Positions 36,170-49,271 are shown, numbered from the whole stretch's first letter. The stretch is DNA of 63,808 nucleotides, filler included, from Octopus bimaculoides (GCF_001194135.2; 6 parts of 6 records of this genome joined end to end with filler, not necessarily neighbours in it); one strand, 5' to 3'. Notes: generated by a model not told the origin, from the sequence alone. Numbers and translations: made by a program.

Positions 36170-36575
36170 ACTGGCGTAGCTGTGTGCTAAGAGGTTTACT
36201 TCCCAACCACATGGTTCCTGGTTCAGTCCCACTGCGCGGCACCTTGGGCAAGTGTCTTTTACTATAGTCTCGACTCGATCAAAGCTGTGTGAGTGGATTT
36301 AGTAGGCGGAAACTGAAATAAGCTTGTCGTATATCCGTGCGTGTGTGTGTCTTTGTGTCTGTGTTGCTCCCTACTACCGCTTAACAACCGGTGTCGGTTT
36401 GTTTACATCTCGTAAGTAATCAATTCGGCAAAAGAGACCGATGGCATATTACCAGGCTTTAAAAAACGTATTGGGGTCAATACATTCGACTAAAAAAAGG
36501 ATTTTTCAATGTGGTGCCCCAGCATGGCCGCAGTCTAATGACGGAAACAAGTAAAAGATAAAAGATAAAATACAA
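36170..36575 (+). mobile_element. SINE family S2, near full length
   Basis: Head CAACCACATGGTTCCTGGTTCAGTCCCACTGCG through tail GGTGCCCCAGCATGGCCGCAGTC...GAAACAAGTAAAAG. Confidence 0.9.
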
Positions 36576-37305
36576 CTGCGTGTGTACACGTGTTTAGTTC
36601 TATGAAGAAAAGCGTAACTCATAGTCTTTACACTCTCCACATGCTCATGTTTGAGCGAGTGTTTGTGCATATGCAAACGTATGTGTACTTGCATACATTA
36701 TAGAGTGATGTTTCAAGTCTAGTAGTACATGCAACTATTTCTCTATGTATTTTCTGTTTATTTATCTATTTATCTGTCTAAGTTGCAGTTGGCATTTAAT
36801 TTAAACCTTTGTAGGTTGACACTACATGACAAAACATGTTCCACTATACTATGATTCTGGGTAGTAAACTAAAAAATAATAAGGGTTACGTATTTACTTG
36901 AGATTTCTGGGGTGAAATACAGCAAGGATGCTATGTAGATTTAAGACGAAAAAATCAGTTTAGCTTAGAGATAAGAAGAAAAGGTAACCTATTTAAGAAA
37001 GGCAGAAAAGAACTACAAGAGATGCATAAAACAGGCAGAAAGGGAAGAACAATAAACAATTCGCTCATTGATTAATGGTTGTAATATGTTCGTGAATGAA
37101 TCTTTGCTACTGAATTTCTGTTTAGAGGAGTGAACTCGGATGTTAGTATTTATGCTGTAACTGCTTTGTTCTACGCATGGCTGTAGTACTATAAAATGAG
37201 CTGCAAATGTGCTGCGTGGAGAGTTAGCAACTGATAATTTTTTTCATAGCGCTTAAGAGAAAACCTAACGCTTGGTATGTGATATTTCATATATGTGTAA
37301 ACATA

Positions 37306-37340
<35 letters not shown>

Positions 37341-37399
37341 ATATATTAGTGTGTATATATTAATGATAAATACTCATGCAGAGAAAATTCATTGATGAA

Positions 37400-37790
37400 C
37401 CTCTGTACAAGTACAAATTTTGTGCATAAATGTACCATGAACACAAGGGGAAGGCCGTATGTTTACATTGGGCAGACAGCTGATTCGTTTCAGAATCGTT
37501 ATCGCAACAATGTCGTTAGCTTCAAGAGAATCAATAAGAGACATTCAACATCTTTTGCCGATTTTTTATGGTGACTAAAGGAAAATTAAATTCAGTACAA
37601 CATAACTTGATCCATAGTAAGGCACGCAAAACCATACAATATCATTTCCAGGAGATGCAGATACTGCTCCGAGGAATCCTTGTCTATTCTGTGGACCAAT
37701 GAGAAGATCATTAATAGAATTTCTGAAAGATTCTCAAGATACCTACAAGCATGTAAATGTACTTTCGCCCAATGTAGTGGGAATGAATTT
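37400..37790 (+). mobile_element. Penelope-like GIY-YIG endonuclease remnant
   Basis: YVYIGQTADSFQNRYRNN...STSFADFLW*LKEN...KPYNIISRRCRYCSEE...INRISE; follows a (TA)n tract. Confidence 0.85.
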
Positions 37791-38377
37791 GATTAACTGT
37801 TATTATAATTTACTTTAAGGTATGGATGAATTAAGTTTAGCTTTAACCACTCCATTCTTATAAACATCAAGTAGCTATTTAACTCGCTTTGTGATCGTGA
37901 GTGCACCAAACCACACTGTGCGTATGCTTACATTTTCGTGGATGCTTGTATGAGCGAGTGTGCACGCGCTATGTAACTTGTGCGAGGGCGTTTATACATC
38001 CATATCTGTTAACGGTTATTACTTAATACTTTTCTTGCTGTATTGCGTGTTCGTTTCTTTTTTTCATCTATGATTTTATTTTTGATCTTCTATATAAATG
38101 AAGATATTTCCTACTCTTAGCTGTTTTTCTTTCTACGAAATGAGAAGATACATTGAAGATACATTGCGGAACTGTTATTTTAACGAGTTGTATCTATTTA
38201 TCACCCGGTGAGACACATCTGCACCGTCAGATGTTCCTGAACTAGTTGTTAAGTGTCCCACCCGTGAGGGATCAATGCTACAGAGAGTCCATGATGAACT
38301 GTTCCATATTTAAGAGATGAGGAATTATGCACATTATTTGCATTTGACGGATATTTGTCCTCATCTTGTTTGTTGTT

Positions 38378-38423
38378 AACACAACGTTTCGGCTGATATA
38401 CCCTCCAGCTTTCATCTGGTGTC
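38378..38423 (-). ncRNA. Hammerhead-like motif with mutated core (CAGATGA)
   Basis: Stem I GACAC/GTGTT, stem II GCTG/CAGC, GAAA, palindromic ACGT stem III, GTT triplet. U4 is changed to A. Confidence 0.5.
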
Positions 38424-38849
38424 TTGGGGAAATTTCGAATCTGGGTTCTCATTCCTAAGGTATTTTTCGATGTTGTTATTAATTATATAGGGAATTAAAT
38501 CAAACAGTTGATCTCCTTCTATATAAAAACCTAATGATATTACCAGCTTTTATCGTGGTTCCCAAGCCTGCATACTAATGTTGAAAAAAGTACCTTTGAG
38601 CGTTTTTCGTATCGAAATGGAACTATTATAGTATAATATTGATTTTCAAATTTTTAATATAATATTGATCTCTAAGTCAATGAATTGCAGTTAGTCATTT
38701 TGCAGAATGGAAGTGTAATAGTCCTTTATATCGAGTTCCATGAATTAAAATTTTTCTTTTGCTGAGGATATTTTGAACCAACCGATTATTGAATTAGTTC
38801 TGTTCAAAAATGGTAAATGGGGCTTCTTTAATTAGGAAAAATGTGATCG

Positions 38850-40090
38850 AATATATGCCTATATGATAACTATATTGGTTTTGGCTGGGATTAATATATC
38901 TAGGGGATTGGTTGTGTGTGAACTTATCTTGGTAATAAATTATGGGCTCAGTCATCTATGTCTAACTTTGTAGTAATTATCTTTTGCGTTAACGCTGATG
39001 TCGTTTAGAAACCGTTCAGCACGCTTTTGTACAATGTCAGGAACTATCCGGCTTGATATGTTACGTAGAACACGTGCTGTCGCATCTGGGTCGAGTACGG
39101 TTGTCGACTGGATCTATAATAAAGATGATACCGCCAACTGGACTCACAAAGGAAGGTAAGGCTTGTTTTTACTGTACAGTCGCAGTATTGAAAGAGTGTA
39201 TATGGAGGACTAGAATGGAAGGTTTTGTGACAGGGACCTTCATCTCTGGCCCCGGTTTGCTATNNNNNNNNNNAGTAACCCGACTTGATCGTCGAAGAAA
39301 GGGAAAAAAAAGACTTGAGAAACCATGGACTGTCGGGTTTAATTTGGTAAACCTGCTACTTTTATTACCATGTAATGTATTCTACCATCTATTTAATAAT
39401 AATAACAAAACAGTTCTTGTGTAAAGGCAAAAGTAAGACAATTTGTCATTTAAAAACAAAAGTAAGCAATTTATGCTTTTATCCATAAATCATTCGCTTA
39501 TTCATAATTAACTTTTTAAAAGAATCACTCGAACTCACATAACCTTTTTGTAATTGTCTGTCCTGTTATGTCCAATTCTATGTACGATCTTATGATTATA
39601 ATAAAGAATTTACTTACATACTTATGGAATTATTAGTATGACTATTTGTTTACGTCATAAAGGTTTTGAGATTTTTCGATTATATTAACACGCTTTTGCT
39701 GGTTTTAAGCTATCACGAAAGCTCGTGATGGGAGCGGCGATCAATTCCTTTGCTCATGTTAAACGGATACATACCGTGTGTCGGTAGCCAGCTGGAAAAG
39801 ATGTTTTCCTGGGAGTAAACAGCAGTAACATCGTCCTGTGTAGGACTGCCACATTCTGTTGGCAAATAAACTTTAAGCTTATGTAGTTTTGTTCTTAATT
39901 CTTTCTAGAAGTAATTGATAGTTTCTCTAAATTTAACGTTTCCGAACATTTCGAGCATATCAAATCCAAAAGCTTGTAAATCATGTAGAAATGTAAGGAT
40001 GGGTAGTAAAGTTAATGCGCAGTCCGGTAAAATATCCCCATCTGGCCCTTGGATCATTTTAACAGGATCCATTTTATCTCAAGCACACTC
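38850..40090 (-). mobile_element. Old CR1/L2-like LINE RT remnant
   Basis: DPVKMIQGPDG...CALTLLPIL (KAQGPD-like), RETINY and DIVQKRAERF (ERVQRRATR-like); heavily decayed. Confidence 0.45.
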
Positions 40091-40418
40091 GATCTAGGTT
40101 TTCGGTCAGGGATTAATTTCCTTCCTTTCTCTTTACTTCCCTCCTAACTAACTATCCTAGAGGCCGGGAAAAGGATCCTGAGAACTGTTTTCTTCCACTG
40201 ACTAAGCCATTAAAGCTTACAAGCATCTGTTTTTAGTTGGCACACATTTTAGCTTTTGATATAGAAGATAACCACTGGGATTAAATTACAAGTTCCTCTA
40301 TTTCTTGCTGTAAAAAAGAGAGCTACCAAACAAGTTTCAGGATTTACTAATGCTTCATCAGAGAGCGGTTACTAATTCCTGCCTACACACAACTTAGTAG
40401 CATACAGATATTTATAGA

Positions 40419-40498
<80 letters not shown>

Positions 40499-41024
40499 TT
40501 AAATATGGCTATTTAATCTGAATAACAACGCAAGCGTTGGCAAATTGCATTTATTAATTACTAGAAGCAATATACAGTGATGGGATCAGAAATAATGTAG
40601 AATAAAGAAGTTATATTTCAAGTTGAGCTACCAGGAAATAATGCCTTGTAATATTTATGCACCTTTCCGTTTCAAATCCCACCGGAGTCAACTTTACCTT
40701 TCATTGTTTCGATGTTGATGAAATGAGTACCAGTCATATGTTACAGGTTAGTTAAATATAATGTCCTCTACCCCAACTCTACCCAAAAAAGGATATATGT
40801 ATGTATGTATTTTACAACTCAAATATTATATCGTAAACGTGCTAACGTTACGAAAGTTACTGAATACAGATTGCAAAAGCAAATGAGAGGAAATCTCTGC
40901 TCAGCTATTCAATTTTCTAGAAATAATAACCCAGTCTCCCTCAAATCAAAGCTTATTGTCTTACAAAGAAAATTACTAGTTGTATAATGAATATCCAACA
41001 CACACGCTGAGTGTAATCTTTTAT

Positions 41025-41201
41025 TTCTTATAAGTTTCAGTCAGTCGAGTGCGGCCATGAAGGAGCAACGCCTTCAAAGGTTTAGTCGAACATAGTGATC
41101 TCAGTATTTATTTTTTAAGCTTCTTTTATCGAACCGCTAATTTACGAGAGGTAAATAAACCAACACAAAGTTGTCAAGCAAGCACAAAGACAAACACACA
41201 T

Positions 41202-41258
<57 letters not shown>

Positions 41259-41660
41259 CGAGGGTGTGCTGAAAAGTGGCTGGCTTTAAGGGTATTGCGA
41301 AAGGCCTGGTTGGAGGCCCAACCTTCTGAGTTCTTTTATAGGTCTTAGAATAACTGAAGGACCGCTGCAATAAGTGTGTGAATCCGAGAGAGGAATATGT
41401 TGAATAGAATCATAATTAACTGATCCTCTTGTATTTTCTTTTACTCAAAACCAGGGACTTTTCAGCATCACCTCGTGTGTTTGTGTGGGGGGGGGGGGTA
41501 TACGACAAGCTTCCACAGTTTCCGTCTATCAAATTTTACTCACAACGTATTAGTCGAGTAAAGCTATTCTAGAAGACACTTGTCCAAGGTTCCGCTCAGT
41601 AGGACTGAACCCGAATCCACATGGTTGCAAAGTGAGCTTCTTAGCCACATAGCCATATTT
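41025..41660 (-). mobile_element. S2 SINE split by a mariner MITE
   Basis: 3' half at about 41025-41190 and 5' half at about 41490-41660, same orientation, flanking the MITE. Confidence 0.8.
41259..41475 (+). mobile_element. Mariner-derived MITE
   Basis: TIRs CGAGGGTGTGCTGAAAAGT / ACTTTTCAGCATCACCTCG; internal remnant of the transposase C-terminus; sits in a (TA)n tract. Confidence 0.8.
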
Positions 41661-42082
41661 CCGATAAAAGAAAAAAAAAGACAAAGTAGTCAAAGTGGTG
41701 ACAGAACGAATTTTTATCATAGATTTTTTCATAGAAATCGTGTTTTTAACTGAGGCTGAAACAACAACAACAAAACATGGAGTGAATAAAATTTCTGAAA
41801 TACACTTATTAGAAATATTTTCTCTTAGAATTTATTAATATTCATGATGGATAAAACAGTTCTACTACATGGCGATCGTTTTATTGCATCATTTTTTTTA
41901 CTTACTTCAAGCGAAGATAAATTATTTTAGTGCAACAAACACATGGCAAGTCATAAGTTTTTGTATGTATAAATATTATTCAGTTATGTGTATAGATATA
42001 AAGATCATTATGAATATGTATAGGGATTAGATTGAGTTCACTGTACATTGTGAACATAAGAATGTATATATACATACATACA

Positions 42083-42120
<38 letters not shown>

Positions 42121-42192
42121 NNNNNNNNNNATGTATGTATATATACACACAGAAATACACATATATTATATATACATATAATTGAATATGCG

Positions 42193-42226
<34 letters not shown>

Positions 42227-42837
42227 CAGATAAACTTACACACATACACATACACACACACGCGCACAAACACAAACACACACACATATATACTTATCTC
42301 TTTCTTTCTCTGTATGGATTGCCAAGTCATTATATGTGTATATGCAAATATCTACACCCATTAGTGCAATGGAAAGATGTAAAATACATATATATTAGAC
42401 ATAACGCTTGTGTATATATTGTGCGTATATTGTCAACATATACGTATATGCAAATGTCTACACCCATTACTTCAATGCAAAGAGTGAAATACAAGCATAC
42501 ATACATACATACATGCAGACACACAGACAGACTGCGTGTGTATGTATGTGCGCGTGTGTATTGCGCATATTTTAAAAACCTAAAGATACATATTATTCCT
42601 CGATAATTCTGGTTTTGGTTATATAAAATCTAAATTACATATGAAAATAATGGCATACATAGACATATGTATATATGAGCGATGCTTACATTGTCATATT
42701 TAGAAGTCACAGCAGATAATACTATACATAAATGAAAAAATAAAACACGTATCAAATTATCTCTAACATTGTACCTATATAGTTAATAGATATATAGTAT
42801 ATGCGTATATATTTATATTCAGACATACCTACTTTTA

Positions 42838-42871
<34 letters not shown>

Positions 42872-43806
42872 NNNNNNNNNNNNNNNNNNNNNNNNNNNNN
42901 NNNNNNNNNNNNNNNNNNNNNNNNNNNNNNNNNNNNNNNNNNNNNNNNNNNNNNNNNNNNNNNNNNNNNNNNNNNNNNNNNNNNNNNNNNNNNNNNNNNN
43001 NNNNNNNNNNNNNNNNNNNNNNNNNNNNNNNNNNNNNNNNNNNNNNNNNNNNNNNNNNNNNNNNNNNNNNNNNNNNNNNNNNNNNNNNNNNNNNNNNNNN
43101 NNNNNNNNNNNNNNNNNNNNNNNNNNNNNNNNNNNNNNNNNNNNNNNNNNNNNNNNNNNNNNNNNNNNNNNNNNNNNNNNNNNNNNNNNNNNNNNNNNNN
43201 NNNNNNNNNNNNNNNNNNNNNNNNNNNNNNNNNNNNNNNNNNNNNNNNNNNNNNNNNNNNNNNNNNNNNNNNNNNNNNNNNNNNNNNNNNNNNNNNNNNN
43301 NNNNNNNNNNNNNNNNNNNNNNNNNNNNNNNNNNNNNNNNNNNNNNNNNNNNNNNNNNNNNNNNNNNNNNNNNNNNNNNNNNNNNNNNNNNNNNNNNNNN
43401 NNNNNNNNNNNNNNNNNNNNNNNNNNNNNNNNNNNNNNNNNNNNNNNNNNNNNNNNNNNNNNNNNNNNNNNNNNNNNNNNNNNNNNNNNNNNNNNNNNNN
43501 NNNNNNNNNNNNNNNNNNNNNNNNNNNNNNNNNNNNNNNNNNNNNNNNNNNNNNNNNNNNNNNNNNNNNNNNNNNNNNNNNNNNNNNNNNNNNNNNNNNN
43601 NNNNNNNNNNNNNNNNNNNNNNNNNNNNNNNNNNNNNNNNNNNNNNNNNNNNNNNNNNNNNNNNNNNNNNNNNNNNNNNNNNNNNNNNNNNNNNNNNNNN
43701 NNNNNNNNNNNNNNNNNNNNNNNNNNNNNNNNNNNNNNNNNNNNNNNNNNNNNNNNNNNNNNNNNNNNNNNNNNNNNNNNNNNNNNNNNNNNNNNNNNNN
43801 NNNNNN

Positions 43807-43839
<33 letters not shown>

Positions 43840-43934
43840 GTACTCTTCAAAAATTTTAATGCATATTTGTTTACACGTATACATTATCTATAATGTTGCA
43901 CATACATAACGCATAGCGATATGGAATGTGTGTG

Positions 43935-43974
<40 letters not shown>

Positions 43975-44123
43975 TGATTGTATACATATGCGTAATGCAA
44001 ATCAACATACATTATAGATGTATGTGTACTACAAAATGTCTGTGTATATACTTAATGTATATATATGCGTATGTATATGAGTGTGTATATGTATAGACCT
44101 TGTATATACATGTGTATATACTA

Positions 44124-44205
<82 letters not shown>

Positions 44206-45716
44206 GTATATACTTTATTGACACACACATACACACAAACACACACAATATATACAGAGAGTTCTCTTTATAGTTTGTATATATACAATATACATTTTAT
44301 TCAGATAAAGCTGTCTTTATCTGTAAAAATTTTATAACATTTAACAACTTCTCGCTATAATCAGCTGATACGTTTTGCTTTTTTGTTATGTACTTGTTTT
44401 GTTGTATTTTATTTTATTATATATTTTATTATATATCGGCATGTAAAGGTAAAACTTCTATCGAGATATATATACATATATATTTATATATATANNNNNN
44501 NNNNNNNNNNNNNNNNNNNNNNNNNNNNNNNNNNNNNNNNNNNNNNNNNNNNNNNNNNNNNNNNNNNNNNNNNNNNNNNNNNNNNNNNNNNNNNNNNNNN
44601 NNNNNNNNNNNNNNNNNNNNNNNNNNNNNNNNNNNNNNNNNNNNNNNNNNNNNNNNNNNNNNNNNNNNNNNNNNNNNNNNNNNNNNNNNNNNNNNNNNNN
44701 NNNNNNNNNNNNNNNNNNNNNNNNNNNNNNNNNNNNNNNNNNNNNNNNNNNNNNNNNNNNNNNNNNNNNNNNNNNNNNNNNNNNNNNNNNNNNNNNNNNN
44801 NNNNNNNNNNNNNNNNNNNNNNNNNNNNNNNNNNNNNNNNNNNNNNNNNNNNNNNNNNNNNNNNNNNNNNNNNNNNNNNNNNNNNNNNNNNNNNNNNNNN
44901 NNNNNNNNNNNNNNNNNNNNNNNNNNNNNNNNNNNNNNNNNNNNNNNNNNNNNNNNNNNNNNNNNNNNNNNNNNNNNNNNNNNNNNNNNNNNNNNNNNNN
45001 NNNNNNNNNNNNNNNNNNNNNNNNNNNNNNNNNNNNNNNNNNNNNNNNNNNTATATATGCATATGTATGCATATATGAATGTCTGTATGTGTATGTATAT
45101 ATATGTATGTATGCGTATATGTATATGTATATATATATGCATGTATGTTTGCATATATGTATATGTGTATATATACATACACATGTATGCTGTATATATA
45201 TATGGGAGTTTATATACACACACACACACATGCTCACTCATTTAGTAAAGTTCAATGTTTTGATACCTAAGCTACTTTTTAGTGCTCTCATATATACTTA
45301 CATACAGGCATGTATACATACATACATGTATACATACAAGCATACATACACACGCATATATACATACATACATACATACATACATACATACATACATACA
45401 TACATGCATGCATACATACAAACAGACAGACAAATAGACAGACAGACAGGCAGGCATAGTTTTTTAAATAGAAAAAATATGTTTGTGTTCACTCGCTTGT
45501 ATGTGCGTGTTTGTTTCTGTTTGCGGGTGTGCTATAGACAAACGGTTATGAGGCTCTTGAGCAAATAACTTCTTTTTTCTATAGCTCCGGGTCAACCCAT
45601 GCGTTATAAACGAAGTTGAGTTGACAGAAACTGAATGGAAGCGCGTCGTATGGTTTGTATAATTTAAAAAGTATAGTCTTGTCGCAAACGCCAAGCAACC
45701 CTGATTCGATCTGCAG

Positions 45717-45784
45717 ACATGTACACATTAACTGTCCACCTGCCTGAAGGATATTCAGGAAATTACACGTTATATCAAAAGCAG
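45717..45784 (+). CDS. Candidate exon (MYTLTVHLPEGYSGNYTLYQKQ)
   Basis: Acceptor gattcgatctgcag|, donor CAG|gtaatc; phase 1 to 0; non-repetitive. Confidence 0.35.
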
Positions 45785-45917
45785 GTAATCCAATTATCAA
45801 ACTATTAAGTCTTCATCATCTTGCAATAGAGATTCACCACCATCATACGCTCATATATAAAGATGTATGTGTTGACTTGGTGGGAATAGGGACAGCTTGG
45901 TGAATAGGGAAAAAAAA

Positions 45918-46118
45918 TATTGGTTTCAAATTTTAGCACAAATCTAACGGTTTTGCTGGAAAGGAAGAGTCGATTACATCCAATATCTATTTTATCGACC
46001 CGAAAGAATGAAAGGCAAAGCCGATCCCTGCGGCATTTGAACTCAGGAGGTGAAGTCGGGTGAAATACTGCTAAGTATTTTGCCCATGTGCTAACGATTC
46101 TGCCAGCTCGCCGCCTTA
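45918..46118 (-). mobile_element. SINE family S1
   Basis: Reverse-strand copy ending in CTGCCAGCTCGCC. Confidence 0.88.
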
Positions 46119-46407
46119 GAAAATTAAAATATTAAAATGCTGATGTCAGCATAATAATATCTTATGTCTACTAAGAGAATTGATATCCCTGACAGGTAGA
46201 GAATTGGTGAAACTCTCTAAGGGTGAAATTTGGAAGGATTTTCTAAAACTCCTTGCAGCTGGCCAAGCGAGGCAGACTTTCTTTCTTGTTGTCCCTGTTC
46301 ATGCAAATCACGACTTTGGGTTATCAGATAAATTCGTTGCTTTTCCATTTATTTTAATCCTTATATTTCATCAACAATTTTAAGAAATCAATAATAATAA
46401 TAATAAT

Positions 46408-46509
46408 TCGAAAACTCCAGGTGGTGCTCGAAATATAAGGGCTGTTACCTTTGTGAACAGCTGACACCGTAGTACATCTCCAGCATTAGAAGCTGTGCAA
46501 AGACAATAA
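46408..46509 (+). mobile_element. R4/Dong-like 3' end (short)
   Basis: RKLQVVLEI*, then the same tail as 17688-17868; (AAT)n on both sides. Confidence 0.75.
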
Positions 46510-46545
<36 letters not shown>

Positions 46546-46546
<1 letters not shown>

Positions 46547-47004
46547 TATAAAAGATGGACTACAGCAAATGTTCTGCTCAATACCACAGATATGCTTGTC
46601 AATTGTTTGACCTTAACCAGTTGAGCTTGTCTCTTAGTGGCTGACGATATGTGCATTTCTGATCACGGGCAGAAGTACTGGGGGAGCATCATAGCCATGT
46701 GTTGAGAGGAATTCTTTGGAGTTTGGATAATTCACCTTTGGTAACATGGGTGTTTTGTTCAACATCCTTAAACAACCCTTATTCAGGGAACTTTTGAACG
46801 GGATGGGCTACTCGACCTGAAGAAAATTTTAACTGGGCCCCCACCTGCGAGGTCATGCGCTATTTATCTTGATATGAGATCCCTTTGTCGCGCACATATG
46901 GTTGTGATGCATGTGCTTACCACACGAGTAGTCATGATGGGTATACTGGGTTTCGTATATTTTACCCCAGTGTCACTTTGATGGCATACATTGCTCTCTC
47001 ACTC
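46546..47004 (+). mobile_element. About 460-bp non-coding element delimited by (AAT)n
   Basis: GC-richer block with sharp borders at two (AAT)n tracts; no convincing ORF. Confidence 0.6.
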
Positions 47005-47059
<55 letters not shown>

Positions 47060-47061
<2 letters not shown>

Positions 47062-47313
47062 TCCTATCATAGTAGGTGCCTTAGGAATAATAAAAAGAAT
47101 ATTCAGACAAATACATAACAAAAACACCAGGACTTACAAATATATATAACATACAGAAAATTGCACTATTGGGCACTGCACACATCCTACGCAAAACACT
47201 TTCAATACAGTAACCATAAGAGCATCACAGCAAACCACAGCACATACCCAAGGCACACAGAGCTGCGCTCGGTAGTGAAGTGAAAGCACGTTATAAAAAT
47301 AAAACTACTGGAC
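47060..47313 (+). mobile_element. R4/Dong-like 3' end
   Basis: IPIIVGALGIIK...IQKIALLGTAHILRKTLSIQ*, then UTR; (AAT)n on both sides. Confidence 0.85.
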
Positions 47314-47385
47314 AATAATAATAATGCGTTTATACCACAGAAAGACAAAATGGAATAAGATAAGCGGAGCCACCTGGGACAGAGT

Positions 47386-47428
47386 GCTACTGATGAGGAC
47401 ACAGAATGGGAGACGAAAGAACTTTGAC
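47386..47428 (+). ncRNA. Degenerate copy of the 61263-61307 hammerhead family
   Basis: CTGATGAGGACACAGAATGGGAGACGAAAGAACTT aligns with CTGATGAGGTCACAGAAGTGAGACGAAAGGACTC; stems I and II carry mismatches. Confidence 0.4.
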
Positions 47429-47479
47429 AGACGTATAAACTAAAAGTAATACGAATAAAAGACAAAATTGAATTCGAAT

Positions 47480-48702
47480 AAATAGTGCGTGTGTTTAATT
47501 GGCAAAAGAAAATGACCGTCTGCAGCTATAACAAAATCAGTAATATATTCTCCTTCATTGTTTACGTCTTCCAGACTACGTTCCATGAGCCTGTTGATGC
47601 CTTGATTGTAGAAATCGCCTGGTTTTGTCACGAAGAATTCATCAAACCACGTTTTCAGTTCATTTTCGTTGTTATAAAAATCGCCCTGCTGACTTTTGGA
47701 AAGTGGCTAGAAGAGGTAATCATCTGAAGATAGTATATGAAGAGAATACGGTGAGTGCTGTAGAACTTCCCCACCGAGCTCTTGAAAAACATTTAGATCA
47801 GATTCACGACGTGGGAGGTGGAATTTTTCTCTTTCGTTCAGAACAGGGGTACTCAACGGGAGTCCATATGGGTCTTGGAAGTTCATATAATGATTGGGGT
47901 GGGGGGGGCACAGATGCAATATAGTAAACTGGAGGTCCCCGGTAATTTTTCGGGGCCATGAAAAAAGTGTGCTTCAGATCAATAAAGTTTACGAGCAATA
48001 AATTGATCATACGTCACAACACAAAATATTTTCACAATTTTTATACAATTCCTGATAATATTTAATTATAAAAATACAACAGGATTTTTTAAACATCGAA
48101 TGGCTATGGGGTCCACCCAAACAAAATAGGAATCAAAGGGGTTCATAGGTAAAAGAAAATGGTTGACAGCCCCTGGTCTAGAGCGTGTAACATCCATGCA
48201 CCGAGATTTTGAACCTTATTTATGGATTGAAGGTGAGAATGGCGGTATCACGAGAGCATCCCATCTGCTGAGCCATTTCCCTATTGCATTGGTAAGGATA
48301 CTCGTGGATGAGCTCATTCACTCGATCCGCGTTGAATTGAACAAATCGGCCGGAACGAAAAGCACATGTGAGGTTGAATTTCCTCTCCTTGAAGAGTGAA
48401 AACTATTTCTCTGCATTTCTTTCAGCAAATGTCTCGAGCGCCTTCGGTAGCTTTAGGACCTTGGTTTAAAGCGAAAAGAAGCAAGTGTCGAAACTGCTCA
48501 CTTTGCCTACTTGGCATTCCATCGTCATATGTCTGAAAAGAAGTAAAAATTATTCAAATCAAAATTTATTCAAATCGTAAACGATAAACACAAGTTGGAG
48601 ATGAAGAACAGAACTACAAAAATAAGTTAAACACTACAATAATAATATATTTTCGTGTTTATTCATTGGAAAGAAACGAATGAATTTATCTGACAATTCA
48701 AT
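47480..48702 (-). mobile_element. Mariner transposon remnant interrupted by a hAT MITE
   Basis: MECQVGKSEQFRHLLLFALNQG...RSGR...KVQNLGAWMLHAL, then the MITE, then QHSPYS...DDYLF...WFDEFFVTKPGDFYNQGI; TIR-like end at about 48675-48702. Confidence 0.85.
47844..48175. mobile_element. hAT (Charlie/Buster-like) MITE
   Basis: TIRs CAGGGGTACTCAAC / GTTGACAGCCCCTG; 8-bp flanks GTTCAGAA / GTCTAGAG (5/8 match). Confidence 0.8.
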
Positions 48703-48839
48703 GTATATGTCTACACTCACACACACATACATATATAGATATATATCCATGCATTTACATACATACCTATTCGAATGTATGATTAAGCACACTTAATGAC
48801 ATATCATTATATCATTTTAGTGATATATTGATATATAAA

Positions 48840-48880
<41 letters not shown>

Positions 48881-49235
48881 ATATGTATATATATATATAT
48901 ATNNNNNNNNNNNNNNNNNNNNNNNNNNNNNNNNNNNNNNNNNNNNTTAATTAATTAANNNNNNNNNNNNNNNNNNNNNNNNNNNNNNNNNNNNNNNNNN
49001 NNTACACGCATACATATATACATGCATACATACAAACGTATATATATACACACATACATACATGCATACATACACATACATATATACATACATACATACC
49101 TGCACACATACACGTAAACATACATACAAACATACGTACATACAAATATACATATATAGGAACGTATATACATGCATACATATATACATATATGCACACA
49201 TACGCGCATACATATATACATACATACAAACATAC

Positions 49236-49271
<36 letters not shown>

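Noticed and set aside
39905-40072. Protein-like 53-aa minus ORF MDPVKMIQGPDGDILPDCALTLLPIL...
   Set aside because: Better explained as a decayed CR1 RT (KAQGPD region); stop immediately upstream and no splice signals.
46390-47325. Regularly delimited repeat-spacer pattern suggestive of a CRISPR-like array
   Set aside because: The delimiters are variable-length (AAT)n microsatellites and the inserts are retroelement tails of 100-460 bp; no cas genes, eukaryotic context.
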